A stretch of DNA of 64,000 nucleotides, taken from Planctomycetota bacterium. GTDB lineage: Bacteria; Planctomycetota; UBA1135; UBA2386. The notes under the pieces were generated by a model. That model ran no database searches and was not told the DNA's origin. It saw only the letters and a list, made by a program, of their open reading frames with translations. Every line of letters starts with the position of its first letter. Positions within the stretch are counted from its first letter, which is position 1. Made by a program: the position numbers and the translations under genes. The DNA is taken from the NCBI GenBank assembly GCA_016716265.1, contig JADJWQ010000006.1, positions 2,595,166 through 2,659,165 on the forward strand, read 5' to 3'. Positions 60,910 through 64,000 of this stretch are shown here, piece after piece.

Positions 60910-62376
60910 TCAGAGCCGTGGCTTCTCGAAGCGCGGATTCGACGGTTCGGCCGGATCGCCAGCGCCGACGTCGAGCTGCCGCGACAGCAGCGGGGGACCG
61001 CCCGCGGCCGTCGGCACGACCGCGAGCACGTAGGTGGGGCGACGCGGATCGACCTGCACCTGGATGGAGATCTGCGCGCCGCTGGGATAGCCGCCCTTCT
61101 CGGCCTGCACGACCACCTCGTGCACGCCGGGATCGAGCTCGAGGCGGAGCGCCTGGCACGTCGCCGGCAGCAGGCTCCAGCAGCGCAGGTCGGCGACCTC
61201 GGCAGCCTGCCAGACCGCGCCGAGCAGCATGATGCCGATGTCGATGAGCTGATCCTCGGCGTTCAGGTTGCCGCTCTCGTCCTGCCGCGCGGCGCGCACA
61301 CCGGCGCGCACGCCCTCGACGATCGCGAACTTGAACGCACGGCGGATCAGTGCGCGCGCGACCCGGTAGTCGTAGGTCGCGTCGTACTCGGCCTGCGCGA
61401 CCTGCTCGACGTCGGTCACGGTGTTCGTCTGGCCGTACTCCTGACCGTCGACCGACACGAGCAGCGCGTCGGGATTGTCGGGGTGGAAGGTCAGGACGTC
61501 GATCGGCACGCCCTTCAGGCTGATCTGCGGCAGCGACTCGTTCGCGATCGCGACGATGATGCCGGCCAACGCCAGGGCCGCCTGGCTCGCCTCGACCTGC
61601 TGCTCCACGCGGTACGGACCGCGGCCGACGAGGCCGAGCACGTGCACCACGCCCTTGCCGGGCTGCGTGACGGGGCCGCGTTCGAGCCGCTGCAGCTCCT
61701 GCTGTAGCCAGGTGCGGTCGGGCTCGAGTTCGACGACCTTGCGCATCTGGAAACGCGCCTCGTCGCGGTTGATCGGGTCGGCCTCGCGCACGATCGCGAC
61801 GACGTAGCTGCCGAACGCGACGTATTTGAAGGCCGCCGACGGCGCCACCAGCGACTTGCCACCCAGGTCGTCGCGCCCCTCGCGGAGCTGCTCCGTGATC
61901 CGGATGTGCTCGTCCAGGATCTGGTTCGCGTAGGCGACGGCGTCGTCGCCGAACATGCGATCCGGCGCGACCAGCTCGGCTGCGGCCAGCAGCGCACGCA
62001 CGAGCACACGCTCGTAGGTCGAGCCTTCGTAGTCGAGCTCGGTGTCGTCGGACATCCACGCGGCGACCGTCTCACCGAAGCCCTCGCCCGCGAGCTCGTC
62101 GAACTTGTCGCGGGCGGCGCGCCAGCACGAGATCGCCGCGTCGGGGTCACCCAGCGCGAGCTCGGTCATGCCCTGCTCGAGCTGGTAGACGTGCGCGTCG
62201 GAGCCCCCGTCGGCGACGAGCTCCTCCACGAGCTGATTGGCACGGACGTAGTCGCCCGCCGAGTAGACCTGCCGCGCCTCGATCATCTCGTCGGTCGCAG
62301 CGCAGCCGGCGGACCACGACACGACGACGGCGAGCAGGGCCCCGCGGACTGCGTTTCGACCAGGGTTCCGGAGCAT
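60910..62376 (-). CDS. hypothetical lipoprotein (488 aa)
   Basis: Lipobox LAVVVSWSAGCAAT. Protein-like composition. Confidence 0.6.
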   Translation of the reverse strand: MLRNPGRNAVRGALLAVVVSWSAGCAATDEMIEARQVYSAGDYVRANQLVEELVADGGSDAHVYQLEQGMTELALGDPDAAISCWRAARDKFDELAGEGFGETVAAWMSDDTELDYEGSTYERVLVRALLAAAELVAPDRMFGDDAVAYANQILDEHIRITEQLREGRDDLGGKSLVAPSAAFKYVAFGSYVVAIVREADPINRDEARFQMRKVVELEPDRTWLQQELQRLERGPVTQPGKGVVHVLGLVGRGPYRVEQQVEASQAALALAGIIVAIANESLPQISLKGVPIDVLTFHPDNPDALLVSVDGQEYGQTNTVTDVEQVAQAEYDATYDYRVARALIRRAFKFAIVEGVRAGVRAARQDESGNLNAEDQLIDIGIMLLGAVWQAAEVADLRCWSLLPATCQALRLELDPGVHEVVVQAEKGGYPSGAQISIQVQVDPRRPTYVLAVVPTAAGGPPLLSRQLDVGAGDPAEPSNPRFEKPRL

Positions 62377-62456
62377 GATTCTCGGGGTTCCTGTGGGCTC
62401 GCCCCCGGTGGCGGCGCGAGCCGGGGTTCAGAGACGCGCAGCCGGCCGTCCGCCGC

Positions 62457-63065
62457 TCAGCGGTTGTATTCCTTGCGAACCTCGGCGTCGGCCTTGAGGT
62501 TCTTGCCGGTCTCCGAGTCGACCATGTCGAGCGTCAGGCGGTAGCGCTGCTGGCGCGTCTGGCCCTGCTGCTGGCTACCGCCGGTCAGCCTCGCCCAGAC
62601 GATCGCCTTCACCGGATTGCCGGCCTGGATCTCGAGCACACGGAAGAACTCGCGCCGCTTGGCCGGGATGAACAGGTCCTCGGTCGTCAGGCCGGTCTCG
62701 TTGAGCGCCGCGCGGACGTAGCGCTGACTGACGGTCGAGAAGCCACGGAAGTCGTTGATCGACGTGTCGATGATCTCGTTGAGCTCGTCGCGCCATTCGC
62801 CGAGCTCCTCGCGCGTCGCGTTCTCGATGCCGGCGAACGCGACGTTCAGCCCGCCCGGCTGGCTGCCGGCGAGCACCTGATCGGTGTACTTCTCGAGCAG
62901 CTCCTGGACGGCGCCCTTGACGAGGCGGTCGTAGGTCGCCGAGCCGGCGCGATCACCGCCGACGAGGTCGTCCTCGTTGTCGTCCATGATGCGCGCCTGC
63001 GGACCGGCGCAGGCTGCGAACGTGAGGCAGGCGAGGAAGAACGCGTGCAGAGGATGACGCTTCAT
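62457..63065 (-). CDS. LpoB-like / COG3417-type lipoprotein
   Basis: Lipobox FFLACLTFAACAG. The C-terminal domain pattern (AIVWARLTGGSQ...RYRLTLDMVDSETGKNL) resembles LpoB/TolB-N-like lipoproteins. Assignment is tentative. Confidence 0.45.
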   Translation of the reverse strand: MKRHPLHAFFLACLTFAACAGPQARIMDDNEDDLVGGDRAGSATYDRLVKGAVQELLEKYTDQVLAGSQPGGLNVAFAGIENATREELGEWRDELNEIIDTSINDFRGFSTVSQRYVRAALNETGLTTEDLFIPAKRREFFRVLEIQAGNPVKAIVWARLTGGSQQQGQTRQQRYRLTLDMVDSETGKNLKADAEVRKEYNR

Positions 63066-63205
63066 CGTGGTCGGATGTCTCTCAGGGGGATCGTGATCAG
63101 GACTGCAGCCGGATCGGCCCGCCCCACGTCTCTTCGACGTGCGCGCCGACCCGGCTGAAACGGACGGAGCTCCCGCCGCGCCGCAGGCGGGGCGGGACAG
63201 GCTTG

Positions 63206-64000
63206 TCAACCACCCAGGATCCTGCGCACCGGCTCGATCATCCACGGCTCGAGCGGGACCATCTCGGTCGCGCTGCGGTTCGGGTTGGCGAGATCGAACA
63301 CGCGGACCGTCAGCACGAAGTCCTCGATGCGCGGGCGCAGCGACGAGCGCACGACGACGTCGGCGGCGCGCGCGTTGACGGTGCCGATCGACGACGACTC
63401 GATGCTGCCCTCGACCTGGAACTCGAGCATGTCGGCCTTGACGAGGCTGAGCGCGACGAGGCGATCGTCGTTCGCGACCAGCTCGACGCGGCCGCCGGAG
63501 ATCAGCTTCAGGGTCTCGCCCATGACGTCGCTGAGGTCGGACGACAGCGCCCCGGCGCGGGTGCCGAACACGTCGGCGCGGCGCGAACGGTAGTCGACGA
63601 GCGCCTCGGCGCCGGTCGCGTAGTCGCGGCCGAGCACCGTCAGCCGGTGGTCGAGCGCGAACTGCAGCGGGTCGGCCTCGCCGGCGTTCTGCGCGGCGCG
63701 CTCGGCGCCTTCGAGCGCGGTCTGGAACGCGTCCTGCCACTTCGCGAGCTCGCGCGCGGCTGCGGCGGTCGCCGGCACCTCGAGCGGCAGCACGACCGCG
63801 CGGCGGTCGATCACCAGCTCGGGCTGGCGGTCGAGGATCCGCGCGAGCGCCATCGTCGCCAGCACGTCGAACTCGCGATCGACGGTCGGCTCGAACGGAT
63901 CGGCCGCGTCCCCGATGCGCCAGTTGCCCGGCTTGCGCAGGTCGTCGAGCAGCGGCGCGACGTTGCGCGCGCCCTCGAAGCGGTGCCGGGCCCGTGCGAG
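63206..64000 (-). CDS. hypothetical protein, 5' end beyond the window edge (partial)
   Basis: The minus-strand frame stays open from 63206 to the end of the window and has protein-like composition. It is the first gene of the co-directional lipoprotein cluster. Confidence 0.45.
   Translation of the reverse strand, partial: LARARHRFEGARNVAPLLDDLRKPGNWRIGDAADPFEPTVDREFDVLATMALARILDRQPELVIDRRAVVLPLEVPATAAAARELAKWQDAFQTALEGAERAAQNAGEADPLQFALDHRLTVLGRDYATGAEALVDYRSRRADVFGTRAGALSSDLSDVMGETLKLISGGRVELVANDDRLVALSLVKADMLEFQVEGSIESSSIGTVNARAADVVVRSSLRPRIEDFVLTVRVFDLANPNRSATEMVPLEPWMIEPVRRILGG

Overview
The window is about 72% GC and carries roughly 40 genes. Many long antisense or overlapping ORFs in the track are composition artifacts: their translations are Arg/Ala/Pro-rich, low-complexity strings. 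Real genes were picked by protein-like composition, recognisable motifs, signal peptides and start/stop coupling. Gene content points to a Planctomycetota-like (PVC-type) organism. The main hint is a roughly 1180-aa protein combining DUF1080, a PVC-type dehydrogenase domain, HEAT repeats and a CxxCH cytochrome c domain. Two ECF-sigma/Ser-Thr-kinase modules support the same placement. Recognisable housekeeping or accessory enzymes are a DapA/NAL-family lyase, a trypsin-like secreted protease, a GH29 alpha-L-fucosidase, a C45 Ntn-hydrolase, methylmalonyl-CoA mutase, class I fumarase and a PLP aromatic-amino-acid decarboxylase. A flotillin/NfeD pair and a GFA-family protein are also present. Many secreted proteins share an unannotated C-terminal module. 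The most interesting loci are four. (1) A three-gene minus-strand operon: a membrane protein ending in a (Cys-His-Ser-Ala)x9 tail, translationally coupled to a radical-SAM/SPASM maturase with an N-terminal PqqD-like recognition domain, then a 4-TM protein. It looks like an undescribed repeat-tail/rSAM modification system. (2) A thioredoxin-fold gene with an in-frame TGA exactly at the first Cys of the CGPC motif, followed by SECIS-like hairpins, suggesting a selenoprotein. It is start/stop-coupled to an ECF sigma factor and a TPR Ser/Thr kinase. (3) Two genes broken by short out-of-frame inserts (43 and 22 bp), each flanked by 8-bp direct repeats. (4) A 133-bp duplication of a gene's 3' end bracketing a 7.5-kb segment, plus a second rearrangement scar containing an AAA-ATPase fragment. 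No rRNA, tRNA or CRISPR array was found.
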